This document shows, one piece after another, positions 9,308-17,782 of a stretch of 64,000 bases of DNA (positions within the stretch are counted from its first letter, which is position 1; each line of letters starts with the position of its first letter). The notes under the pieces were generated by a model that searched no databases, was not told the origin of the DNA, and worked only from the letters and a program-made list of their open reading frames with translations. Made by a program: the position numbers and the translations under genes. Source of the DNA: Candidatus Omnitrophota bacterium (GTDB lineage Bacteria; Omnitrophota; Gorgyraeia; VGKH01); assembly GCA_022703055.1 (NCBI GenBank), contig JAKLEP010000001.1, positions 26,850-90,849 on the forward strand, in the 5' to 3' direction.

Positions 9308-10069
9308 TTAAAAGATTACCTCTCTTGCATCAAATACCGGTCCTTCTTTACAGACCCTTTTATATCCGCGTGTTGTGTTGACTACACAACCAAAACACGC
9401 CCCAATTCCGCAAGCCATATGCTCTTCCAAAGAGAGCCGTGCTTCGATCTTATGTTTTTTAGCAATATATGCGACCTCTTTAAGCATAGGCTTTGGTCCG
9501 CAAGCAAAGATTACTCCTATTTTATCTTTGGGCCGGACGGATTGCTTTAATAAATCTGTAACCGAGCCTTTAAATCCGATACCGCCGTCATCTGTAGCTA
9601 TTTTTACTTGCGCTCCAGCATCCTTTAATTCATCGACGCATAATATATGCTTTTTATTTTTCGCTCCGATTAAAGCTAAAATCTCTTTACCTGTAAGCTT
9701 TTCCGCTAAGAACACCAACGGAGCAATCCCGATTCCTCCGCCCACAAGAAGAATCTTAGCTTTTTTCGTCTTTAAATCAAACCCATTGCCTAAAGGCCCT
9801 AAAACATTTAATTTCTCGCCAGGCTTTTTTTTAGAAAAAAGCTCCGTTGCCTTCCCTACGACCCTGTAGAGAATTTCCAGCTTTGAATCATTTACGTTGT
9901 ATATGCTAAACGGCCTTCTTAGAAGCGGCTCAAATTTATCGCCTGCTAAGATATTTACGAATTGACCAGGCTTTGCAGCACAAGCAATGGCGGGCGCATC
10001 TAATACCATTTTATAATAATTTGGCGCAACTTCAATGTTTTTAATCAGTTTTGCTTTTATTTGGATCAT
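9308..10069 (-). CDS. pyrK: Dihydroorotate dehydrogenase electron-transfer subunit
   Basis: 253 aa with an FNR-like fold (RRPFSI, GGGIGIAP) and a C-terminal 2Fe-2S Cys cluster (CGIGACFGCV..C). Confidence 0.85.
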   Translation of the reverse strand: MIQIKAKLIKNIEVAPNYYKMVLDAPAIACAAKPGQFVNILAGDKFEPLLRRPFSIYNVNDSKLEILYRVVGKATELFSKKKPGEKLNVLGPLGNGFDLKTKKAKILLVGGGIGIAPLVFLAEKLTGKEILALIGAKNKKHILCVDELKDAGAQVKIATDDGGIGFKGSVTDLLKQSVRPKDKIGVIFACGPKPMLKEVAYIAKKHKIEARLSLEEHMACGIGACFGCVVNTTRGYKRVCKEGPVFDAREVIF

Positions 10070-10746
10070 TTAACCCTCTCTAGCCGCAGGTAGCCAACGA
10101 ACAAGAAGAAACCGGCCAAGGCAAAGAGAAAAGCTGCCAGTTCAGGAACAAATTTATCAAATCCCTCAAGACGCACATCTGTCCACCATTCAACTATAAT
10201 GATACCAATAATCGTCATCGAGAAACTGCCTATTTCTTTTCTCAACCAAGATATTTTTAACGGCAAAACATCTCTTATCTCTTTTCTTATTATTGTATTC
10301 ATGCCCGGAAGGAATCTAGGTGTAGATTCCATGTAAGCTTTATATTCATCCTTAAATTGTAAAATCAGTTTCTTTTCTTCTTGAAAAATCAGCATGATAT
10401 AGCGGCCGATAAAAAATACAAAAAACAATACAAGCGCCCAAAAATTAAACAATATCAGCACCACTCCGAACCCAATTAAGGCTATGCCAAAATACATGGG
10501 ATTGCGTTGTATGCTATACGGCCCTGTTTTTATTAAACTTGCCCCTTGCTTTGAGCGTTCTGCTTTATAGCCTCTTGCCGAAAGCCTCCAGAGAAATCCC
10601 AAAAGAATCGAAATAAATCCCATTATCTCGATAAAATCATCGCTCCAGTTAGTAATGTGCGCACGAAAGAATATTTGTGGCATCAATAACAGAACTACGA
10701 GAGCGATGAAGATTAATACCCCATTTGTTTTTAGTCTTTGCTTCAT
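10066..10746 (-). CDS. Isoprenylcysteine carboxyl / phospholipid methyltransferase family membrane protein
   Basis: 226-aa polytopic protein. GPYSIQRNPMYFG followed by EEKKL is typical of the ICMT/PEMT family. It overlaps pyrK by 4 nt. Confidence 0.6.
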   Translation of the reverse strand: MKQRLKTNGVLIFIALVVLLLMPQIFFRAHITNWSDDFIEIMGFISILLGFLWRLSARGYKAERSKQGASLIKTGPYSIQRNPMYFGIALIGFGVVLILFNFWALVLFFVFFIGRYIMLIFQEEKKLILQFKDEYKAYMESTPRFLPGMNTIIRKEIRDVLPLKISWLRKEIGSFSMTIIGIIIVEWWTDVRLEGFDKFVPELAAFLFALAGFFLFVGYLRLERVK

Positions 10747-10752
10747 ATCAAT

Positions 10753-11553
10753 TCAAATTTGGCATTTGGGGCACAAAAATGTCCCCCTGCCTGCCAAAGC
10801 TACCCTTTTTATCGGAGCCTTGCATCTTACACAAGGCTTGCCTTCTCTGCCATAAACCTGGTGATGAGAAACATAATTTCCTTTTTTTCCTGACAAGCGC
10901 ACATAATCGTCTACGGAAGAACCGCCGTATTTAATTGCTTCGCTTAACACCTCTCGGATTTCTGTAAAAAGTGCTTCTTTCTCTTTATCGGATAAGCTTT
11001 GCGCTTGCCTTTCAGGATGTATTTTAGCACGAAACAGGCTTTCCGCGGCATAAAGATTGCCGATACCGGAAATAAACTTTTGGTCCATCAACAGCGGCTT
11101 GATTTTCGTCTTTTTGCCAGCCAGCATCTCTTTAAACTGTTCTAGTTTTAAATCAAATGGCTCTGGCCCCAGCTCTTGAATAAATTTTAGTGACTGCGGG
11201 TCATCAACCAGCCTCAATTCTCCGAACATTCTCTGGTCATTAAAGTCTAAATTTTTGCCGTCGGATAGGCGAAAAGTCACCCGGCTTTTCTTGCCATCCC
11301 CGGGATAAACCAATTGACCGGTCATCTTTAAATGTATGGCTAAGAATTTGCCGTTGGATAATTCTAAAATCAGAAGCTTTGCCTTGCGCAATACTTTTTT
11401 AATCGCCGCGCCTGCTAATTCTTTTTTAAACTTTCCCACAGATGGCTGGCGGATCACCAAAGGATGATGCACGCAGACATCGGTAATTTTCTTACCAACC
11501 ACAGATTTTTCTAGCTCCCTTTTTATGGTCTCAACCTCTGGTAATTCCGGCAT
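10753..11553 (-). CDS. mutM: Formamidopyrimidine-DNA glycosylase
   Basis: 266 aa with the MPELPEVE N-terminus, an H2TH region and a C-terminal zinc finger (CVRCKAPIKR..GRGTFLCPKCQ). Confidence 0.9.
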   Translation of the reverse strand: MPELPEVETIKRELEKSVVGKKITDVCVHHPLVIRQPSVGKFKKELAGAAIKKVLRKAKLLILELSNGKFLAIHLKMTGQLVYPGDGKKSRVTFRLSDGKNLDFNDQRMFGELRLVDDPQSLKFIQELGPEPFDLKLEQFKEMLAGKKTKIKPLLMDQKFISGIGNLYAAESLFRAKIHPERQAQSLSDKEKEALFTEIREVLSEAIKYGGSSVDDYVRLSGKKGNYVSHHQVYGREGKPCVRCKAPIKRVALAGRGTFLCPKCQI

Positions 11554-11554
11554 C

Positions 11555-11950
11555 TTATCCTTTGATAATACTTACCCAAATTTCTCTTGAACGCGGGCCG
11601 TCGAACTCGGCAAAATAAATCCCCTGCCAAGTGCCGAGGGCAAGGGCGCCTCCCTGAATAAAAACATTAACGGAGGCGCCCATCAAACTTGCCTTAATAT
11701 GAGCGGCGGCGTTTCCTTCTGAATGCGCATAGCCGTCGTCAAAAGGAACGATTTTGTTTAGCTCCTTTAAAATATCTTTCCTTACCGAAGGATCGGCATT
11801 TTCATTAATAGTTATACCGGCAGTCGTATGCGGGACAAAAACGATACAAACCCCATCAACTACCTCTGCTTTTCCGACAATCTGCTCGATTTTATCGGTA
11901 ATGTCAACGAACTCGGTCCTAGACGATGTCCTTATATTTATTTTCTGCAC
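11555..11950 (-). CDS. YjbQ family protein (secondary thiamine-phosphate synthase-like)
   Basis: 131 aa. VPHTTAGITINENADPSV and AHIKASLMG are YjbQ/UPF0047 signatures. Confidence 0.75.
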   Translation of the reverse strand: MQKINIRTSSRTEFVDITDKIEQIVGKAEVVDGVCIVFVPHTTAGITINENADPSVRKDILKELNKIVPFDDGYAHSEGNAAAHIKASLMGASVNVFIQGGALALGTWQGIYFAEFDGPRSREIWVSIIKG

Positions 11951-14900
11951 TATCTTTTTCTCTTTTTTGACTTAGCCTTGGATCTCTTGCCTTCGAATAT
12001 CTTATAATAATCCTGCAGGCAGGTTGGCTCAATCTTTTTCTTGGTTATAGCCTCAATGCCCTCAACGGTAGCCTGGGCAGCAGCCATAGAAGTGACATAA
12101 GGTATCTTTCTCTGGATAGCTAGCATCCTGATGTAGCTGTCATCGTATTTACTCTTCTGCCCCACTGGCGTATTAATTATAAGATTGATTTTATCGCTTT
12201 TTATTGCATCGACAATATTGGGGCTTCCTTCATGCACCTTTTTTATTTGGGTAAAAGGAATTTTATGTTTTTTAAGCAATTGCCCTGTTCCCTCTGTGGC
12301 AAAAATATTAAAATCTAGCCTGGCAATACGCTTGGCAATCACAGGAAGCTTGGACTTGTCATTGTCTGAGACGGTAATCAAGACATTACCTTTTATGGGC
12401 AGTTTTGATCCTGCCGCTTCTTGAGCCTTGTAAAAAGCTAAACCGAAAGAATTGGCAATTCCCATGACTTCGCCGGTAGCCTTCATCTCCGGCCCAAGAA
12501 CCGGATCTACCTCTGGGAACATATTGAAAGGAAAGACCGCTTCCTTTACTCCCACCCAAGGGAATTTTTTCTTCTTCAGTTCAGGGAATTCTTTCAATTT
12601 TCTCCCCAGCATTACCAGGGTAGCTATGCGCGCCAGCGGAATTCCGGTGACTTTTGAAACAAGCGGCACAGTCCGCGAGGCCCGAGGATTTGCTTCCAAA
12701 ATATAAACCTTGTCTTTGCAGATGGCGTACTGAATATTAGTTAGGCCCACGACTTTTAATTCCTTGGCGATTTTATCAGTATATTTCTCAATCGTCTTAA
12801 GATGTTTTTCCTTTATTGTCCGAGGAGGGATGGCGCAAGCAGAATCTCCGGAGTGCACTCCTGCTAGTTCTATATGCTCCATGACTGCTGCGACAAACGT
12901 CTCTTTTCCGTCGCAAAGCGCATCGACTTCAGTCTCAACTGCATCTTCTAAGAATCTATCCATAAGCATTGGACGATCCGGGCTAACCTGAATGGCTTCT
13001 AGGGCATATTTCTTCAAAGACTGTTCATCATAGACCACCTTCATACCCCGTCCGCCTAAAACATAAGAAGGCCTGACCATAAGCGGATAACCGACTTTTC
13101 TGGCTACCTTCAAAGCTTCTTCTAAAGAAAAAACTGTTGCGCCTTCCGGCTGAGGAATGTTTAGTTCGATCATTTTCTTGCGGAAACATTCCCGGTCTTC
13201 GGCAAAATTGATGCTCTCTGTGGATGTACCCAAAATCTTAACTCCATTATCTTTCAGTTCTTGGGCGATATTTAAGGGTGTTTGCCCACCAAATTGCACG
13301 ATAACTCCCTCAGGCTTTTCTTTGGCATAAATTGTAAGCACGTCTTCAATAGTCAGTGGCTCAAAATAAAGCTTGTTTGAAGTATCATAATCTGTCGAGA
13401 CCGTCTCAGGGTTGCAGTTAATCATAATTGATTCGATGCCTTCATCCCGGAGCGCAAAAGCCGCATGTACACAGGTATAGTCAAACTCAATGCCCTGACC
13501 GATTCTATTCGGGCCACCTCCCAAAATCAGAACCTTTTTATTTTTGGTTGTGCCAACCTTGTCTTCTCCTACATAAGTGGAGTAATAATAAGCGGCGTTT
13601 TCCACTCCGCTTACCGGCACGGCATCAAAACGGCCGTATTTTCCGATTGCAATCCTTCTCTGCCGCACATCCTTTTCCTTGATATTAAAAAGTTTAGCCA
13701 AATATTTATCCGAGAAGCCCCATTCTTTAGCTTTAGCAAGTTTGCCCTCGGGTAACTCTTTCCATTTGTATTTTAAAATCTCCTCCTCGTAATCGACGAG
13801 ATCCTTCATCTCCTGGATAAAATATTTATGCAGATAAGTCATCTTATTAAGCTCATCGACGCTTATGCCTTTTCTTAGCGCTTCGTACATCAGGAATATT
13901 CTTTCGCTAGAAGGATATTGCAGCTTCTTCTTCAGCTCGTCAAGGGGGAGTTCTTTAAAGTTCTTTGCGCCTCCTAATCCATATCTACCGATTTCAAGAG
14001 AGCGGATGGATTTCTGGAATGCCTCTTTGAAAGTCTTGCCGATACTCATGACTTCGCCGACCGCCTTCATTTGGGTCCCCAATATGTCTTTAGCTTGCGG
14101 AAATTTCTCAAATGCCCAACGGGCAAATTTGATAACCACATAATCACCCCAGGGCTCATATTGCTCAAGCGTGCCTTTTCTCCAGTAAGGAATCTCATCC
14201 ATAGTCTTTCCGACGGCCAATTTGGTAGAAATCCTGGCGATAGGAAACCCCGTGGCTTTGGAGGCCAGCGCCGAAGAACGAGAGGTGCGCGGGTTGATTT
14301 CGATAACTACAAGCCGGTCATCCTTTAAATTGTGGGCAAACTGGATATTAGTTCCTCCAGTAACTCCGATTGCCTCGACAATCTTATAGGAAAGATCCTG
14401 CATCCTTTTCTGCAAGGCTTCCGGCACCGTAAGCATGGGCGCGGCGCAGAAACTATCCCCTGTGTGCACGCCCATGGCATCAATGTTTTCTATAAAGCAG
14501 ACGGTGATTAATTGATTTTTGGCGTCGCGCACAACTTCAAGTTCTAGTTCCTCCCAGCCAAAGACCGACTCTTCGACCAAAACCTGATGTATAATACTAG
14601 CCGACAAACCTCTGGTAACAATAGTCCTTAATTCTTCAACATTTTTAGCCATGCCGCCGCCAGTGCCTCCAAGAGTATAGGCCGGACGCAAAATAACCGG
14701 ATATCCTAATTCCTTAGCGATTTTTTCTGCCTCTTCCACCGAATAACAAGGCGCAGATTTTGGCATTGGAATGCCGAGCTTGTTCATTGTATCTTTAAAA
14801 GCGATACGGTCTTCTCCTCGCTCAATGGCATCTGCCTTAACTCCGATGATCTCAACGCCATATTTCTTTAAAACTCCTGCTTTGTATAGGCTCGATGCCA

Positions 14901-15192
14901 GATTAAGCCCTGTCTGACCGCCTAGGTTCGGGAGCAGTGCATCAGGTCTTTCTTTGGCGATAACTTTCTCCAGGCTATCAACTGTTAATGGCTCGATGTA
15001 GGTTTTATCAGCCATACCAGGATCAGTCATGATGGTTGCCGGGTTTGAATTAACCAAAACTATCTTATAGCCTTCTTCCCTTATGGCCTTGCAGGCCTGG
15101 GTTCCCGAATAATCGAATTCGCAGGCCTGGCCGATGATAATTGGTCCAGAGCCGATGATTAAAATCTTGTGTATGTCATTTCTGCGTGGCAT
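11950..15192 (-). CDS. carB: Carbamoyl-phosphate synthase large subunit
   Basis: 1080 aa with two ATP-grasp halves and an MGS-like C-terminus. The N-terminus is KILIIGSGPIIIGQACEFDYSG. No carA is adjacent. Confidence 0.95.
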   Translation of the reverse strand: MPRRNDIHKILIIGSGPIIIGQACEFDYSGTQACKAIREEGYKIVLVNSNPATIMTDPGMADKTYIEPLTVDSLEKVIAKERPDALLPNLGGQTGLNLASSLYKAGVLKKYGVEIIGVKADAIERGEDRIAFKDTMNKLGIPMPKSAPCYSVEEAEKIAKELGYPVILRPAYTLGGTGGGMAKNVEELRTIVTRGLSASIIHQVLVEESVFGWEELELEVVRDAKNQLITVCFIENIDAMGVHTGDSFCAAPMLTVPEALQKRMQDLSYKIVEAIGVTGGTNIQFAHNLKDDRLVVIEINPRTSRSSALASKATGFPIARISTKLAVGKTMDEIPYWRKGTLEQYEPWGDYVVIKFARWAFEKFPQAKDILGTQMKAVGEVMSIGKTFKEAFQKSIRSLEIGRYGLGGAKNFKELPLDELKKKLQYPSSERIFLMYEALRKGISVDELNKMTYLHKYFIQEMKDLVDYEEEILKYKWKELPEGKLAKAKEWGFSDKYLAKLFNIKEKDVRQRRIAIGKYGRFDAVPVSGVENAAYYYSTYVGEDKVGTTKNKKVLILGGGPNRIGQGIEFDYTCVHAAFALRDEGIESIMINCNPETVSTDYDTSNKLYFEPLTIEDVLTIYAKEKPEGVIVQFGGQTPLNIAQELKDNGVKILGTSTESINFAEDRECFRKKMIELNIPQPEGATVFSLEEALKVARKVGYPLMVRPSYVLGGRGMKVVYDEQSLKKYALEAIQVSPDRPMLMDRFLEDAVETEVDALCDGKETFVAAVMEHIELAGVHSGDSACAIPPRTIKEKHLKTIEKYTDKIAKELKVVGLTNIQYAICKDKVYILEANPRASRTVPLVSKVTGIPLARIATLVMLGRKLKEFPELKKKKFPWVGVKEAVFPFNMFPEVDPVLGPEMKATGEVMGIANSFGLAFYKAQEAAGSKLPIKGNVLITVSDNDKSKLPVIAKRIARLDFNIFATEGTGQLLKKHKIPFTQIKKVHEGSPNIVDAIKSDKINLIINTPVGQKSKYDDSYIRMLAIQRKIPYVTSMAAAQATVEGIEAITKKKIEPTCLQDYYKIFEGKRSKAKSKKRKR

Positions 15193-15255
15193 TAAACTCC
15201 TCCTATTTTGTTAGTTTGAACGCTGCCTTGCCTTAATTCGAGAACCTCGTTGTTC

Positions 15256-15717
15256 TCAAACAATCCTCAATTCTTTCTTTAACTGTCTTATTGCTTCCTC
15301 AACGGTTTTTACTCTATATGTGCCCTCTATATCCCAATTACTTAAATTAATAACGATCTTATTGAATATCATGGCAAAGGAGATTTCGGAAAGCGTCCCG
15401 TATTCACCCGGAAGAGCAATAATCAAATCTGCTATTCTGACTACCAGGGTGTTACGCGCCAACCCTAAGCCGGTAGGTATGGCGATATCAATATAGGGAT
15501 TGGCATCTTTTTTGCTCTCCCCCGGCAATATACCAATGGTGGCGCCGCCGTTTTCCTTAGCCCCCTTAGCTGCAGCCTCCATAACCCCTCCCAAGCCACC
15601 GCAGGCAAGAATCAGCCCTAACTTGGCTATGTTTTTGCCGATTTCTTGAGCTATTTTAGCTGTCTCATCTGAGCACCTATTACCACCTATAACCGAAATT
15701 ATCCTTATTTTTGACAT
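15256..15717 (-). CDS. TIGR00725/LOG-like (SLOG superfamily) protein
   Basis: 153 aa. ISVIGG, LACGGLGGVMEAAAKGA and PGEYGTLSE are typical of the Rossmann-like LOG/TIGR00725 group. Confidence 0.6.
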   Translation of the reverse strand: MSKIRIISVIGGNRCSDETAKIAQEIGKNIAKLGLILACGGLGGVMEAAAKGAKENGGATIGILPGESKKDANPYIDIAIPTGLGLARNTLVVRIADLIIALPGEYGTLSEISFAMIFNKIVINLSNWDIEGTYRVKTVEEAIRQLKKELRIV

Positions 15718-15777
15718 TTATACTCCACTTTTAGCCTATTTTTACCTATTTTGTGGGCTGAATGCTCCATTTAGACA

Positions 15778-15852
15778 TGGTGCGCCCGGCAGGAATTGAA
15801 CCTGCACACACAGCTCCGGAGGCTGTTGCCCTATCCGTTAGGCTACGGGCGC
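15778..15852 (-). tRNA. tRNA-Arg (anticodon CCG)
   Basis: The reverse complement reads GCGCCCGTAGCCTAACGGATAGGGCAACAGCCTCCGGAGCTGTGTGTGCAGGTTCAATTCCTGCCGGGCGCACCA. It has a 7-bp acceptor stem, a CUCCGGA anticodon loop, a GGTTCAATTCC T-arm and an encoded CCA. Confidence 0.85.
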
Positions 15853-16325
15853 AAAGCTTCCTCAATCTTCTCTATGACAAAATCCCTGTCTTTTACATTA
15901 TGCTGCTGGATAGAAAAGCGCTTAAAGTCCTTAGCACCTTTTTGGGCAAGAATCGCCTGCATTTCATTTAGGCATTTATCGTTGCCTGTGCCGCTACCAA
16001 AGGTGGTAAAAAGCGCTATGCTTTTATTCTCAAGACCAAAACTCCGCTCAATATAGGCGCGTAAAGCCGGCGCCATGCCAAATGCCCAGACTGGCGTACC
16101 AAGGCAAACCAGAGAGTATGCGTTTAAGTCAAAAACCGTATCTTTGATCTGGGCCTTCTTCTTAAAGAATGCTCTCTTGCATTGGCCCAAGAAAGAGCCG
16201 GATTCATCCTGAGCTTCAAGACGGATGGTATCTACTTCTCCTTGCTTGCCTAATTCTTCGGCTAGAGTCTTGGCAACCTCAGCTGTATTGCCTGAATAGG
16301 AATAAAAAATAATGATACTTCTCAC
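15843..16325 (-). CDS. Flavodoxin family protein
   Basis: IIIFYSYSGNTAEVAK is an FMN-binding loop. I prefer the GTG start at 16325 (GGAG lies 5 nt upstream) over the track ATG at 16382, which adds a hydrophobic extension inside an AT-rich repeat. The 3' end overlaps the tRNA by 10 nt. Confidence 0.65.
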   Translation of the reverse strand: MRSIIIFYSYSGNTAEVAKTLAEELGKQGEVDTIRLEAQDESGSFLGQCKRAFFKKKAQIKDTVFDLNAYSLVCLGTPVWAFGMAPALRAYIERSFGLENKSIALFTTFGSGTGNDKCLNEMQAILAQKGAKDFKRFSIQQHNVKDRDFVIEKIEEALRP

Positions 16326-16462
16326 GCTATCTCCGGTTAATGCAAAATTCAAAAGTAAAAATGCAAAAAGAGCACAATTCAAAATTCAAAAATTTTTGCC
16401 TTTTGACGTACGTTATTTTTGCCTTTTGAATTTTTAATTTTGAATTTGTATCCATATTAATT
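16326..16462. repeat. AT-rich intergenic repeat cluster
   Basis: Read on the minus strand, CAAAAGGCAAAAAT occurs twice, flanking an ACGTACGT palindrome. AAATTCAAAA and TTTTGAATTT copies form inverted arms, and TTTTGCATT occurs twice. Confidence 0.5.
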
Positions 16463-17698
16463 TTAAAAAAGACGTAACTGCTCTTCCTGTTTAAAGTCTT
16501 CGCCTTCATCAAAGATTTGAATCTTGCCGTATTCGCCATCATATCCCGGATAGATTTTCACATTTCCTTTACGTACTCGAATAATACCCTCGGCTATGCG
16601 CGGCGATATAGATTTTTTAAGCTGCTCATCATCAACATCTAACAAAATATTAAACTCCGTCCCAAAACGGCTTAAAATAGCGTGATATTCTTTTTCCACG
16701 GCCTGTGAACTTTTGCCAACGCCTTTTGCATCGGCGATAATTTCATCTAATGGAATCAAATTCTTAAATGGTATAGCATCTTTGGGGACAAAGCCCTCTT
16801 CGCGATCCGATAGCTGCTCTACGCGGTTCATAACACCTATGGTAAGCGGCCTCTTACATTTCGGGCAGATATTATTATTTTGTTTGGATTCCTTCGGAGA
16901 CAATCTGATATCACAATTTCTGTGGCCATCAAAATGATATTTTCCTTCTTCCGGGAAAAATTCAATTGTGTAGAGGAATTTCTTCTTGTCTTTTGTCTTT
17001 AAGGCGCCGGTTATATCGTAATAATCAATTTTGCAATCAAAGACATTGGCCTCGCGGCCGATTTTCGACGGAGAATGAGAATCCGAATTACTGATAAGGC
17101 TGAATTTATCCAAAGCGCTCCAGCGCCAATTCATCGCTGGGTCACTAGACAGGCCGGTCTCAAGACAGTGAATATTTTTAGTTTGCTCTTCAAAACAATA
17201 TTCTATTTTATTAAAGCCTGAGGCCGATCCGAAGACGCTAAACCACGGTGTCCAGACATGGGCAGGGACGATAAAACAATCAGCTGATATATCCATAACT
17301 ATGCGCGTAAGCTCTTTAACATCTAACCCCAAAATTGGCCTTCCATCTGAGGCCAAATTTCCGATAGCCGAAAGCGTCTGGTTTATCTTATCCACCACTT
17401 TAAATGATGGCGCAAAAATCATTATATGCACGCGATAGGTTTTGCCTTTTTTGGAATAGATGCTGCTTATTTCCGAGGTAAGCATGAAATTGATTCCATT
17501 GTACATAAAAAGCCCATTATTCTGCGGCTCAAGAGCAGATTTTAATTCCTCCAGCCAGAGATGGTGGGTAAAATCTCCTGTGCCCATAAGCTGGATGCCT
17601 TTAAGCTTTGCCCACTTGGCGATATTTTTGACATCCATGTCTTTACTTGTTGCGCGCGAGTATTTGGAATGGATATGGAAATCGGCGATGAATTGCAT
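16463..17698 (-). CDS. Endonuclease Q-like PHP-domain nuclease
   Basis: 411 aa. The N-terminus ADFHIHSKYSRATSKDM is the PHP/EndoQ signature as I recall it from archaeal EndoQ. There is an internal Zn-ribbon (CPKCKRPLTIGVMNRVEQL). Confidence 0.65.
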   Translation of the reverse strand: MQFIADFHIHSKYSRATSKDMDVKNIAKWAKLKGIQLMGTGDFTHHLWLEELKSALEPQNNGLFMYNGINFMLTSEISSIYSKKGKTYRVHIMIFAPSFKVVDKINQTLSAIGNLASDGRPILGLDVKELTRIVMDISADCFIVPAHVWTPWFSVFGSASGFNKIEYCFEEQTKNIHCLETGLSSDPAMNWRWSALDKFSLISNSDSHSPSKIGREANVFDCKIDYYDITGALKTKDKKKFLYTIEFFPEEGKYHFDGHRNCDIRLSPKESKQNNNICPKCKRPLTIGVMNRVEQLSDREEGFVPKDAIPFKNLIPLDEIIADAKGVGKSSQAVEKEYHAILSRFGTEFNILLDVDDEQLKKSISPRIAEGIIRVRKGNVKIYPGYDGEYGKIQIFDEGEDFKQEEQLRLF

Positions 17699-17782
17699 AT
17701 TTAGCGTCTATAGTGTCTATTGCGTCATTGAGTCTATTGAGTCTAAATTTAGACGCGAAAGACCCGATAGACACAATGAACT
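17699..17782. repeat. GTCTA/TAGAC inverted repeat array with a central 14-nt palindrome
   Basis: The 84-nt spacer, read on the minus strand, has GTCTAT, GTCTTT and GTCTAA, then the palindrome GTCTAAATTTAGAC, then four copies of TAGAC. Two of these form a tandem TAGACTCAA repeat. Confidence 0.55.

Noticed and set aside
16327-16542. 71-aa ORF spanning the AT-rich repeat spacer and the EndoQ-like 3' end.
   Set aside because: It is a product of low-complexity A/T repeats (KFKxxK-rich) and overlaps the end of the EndoQ-like gene, so it is unlikely to be coding.
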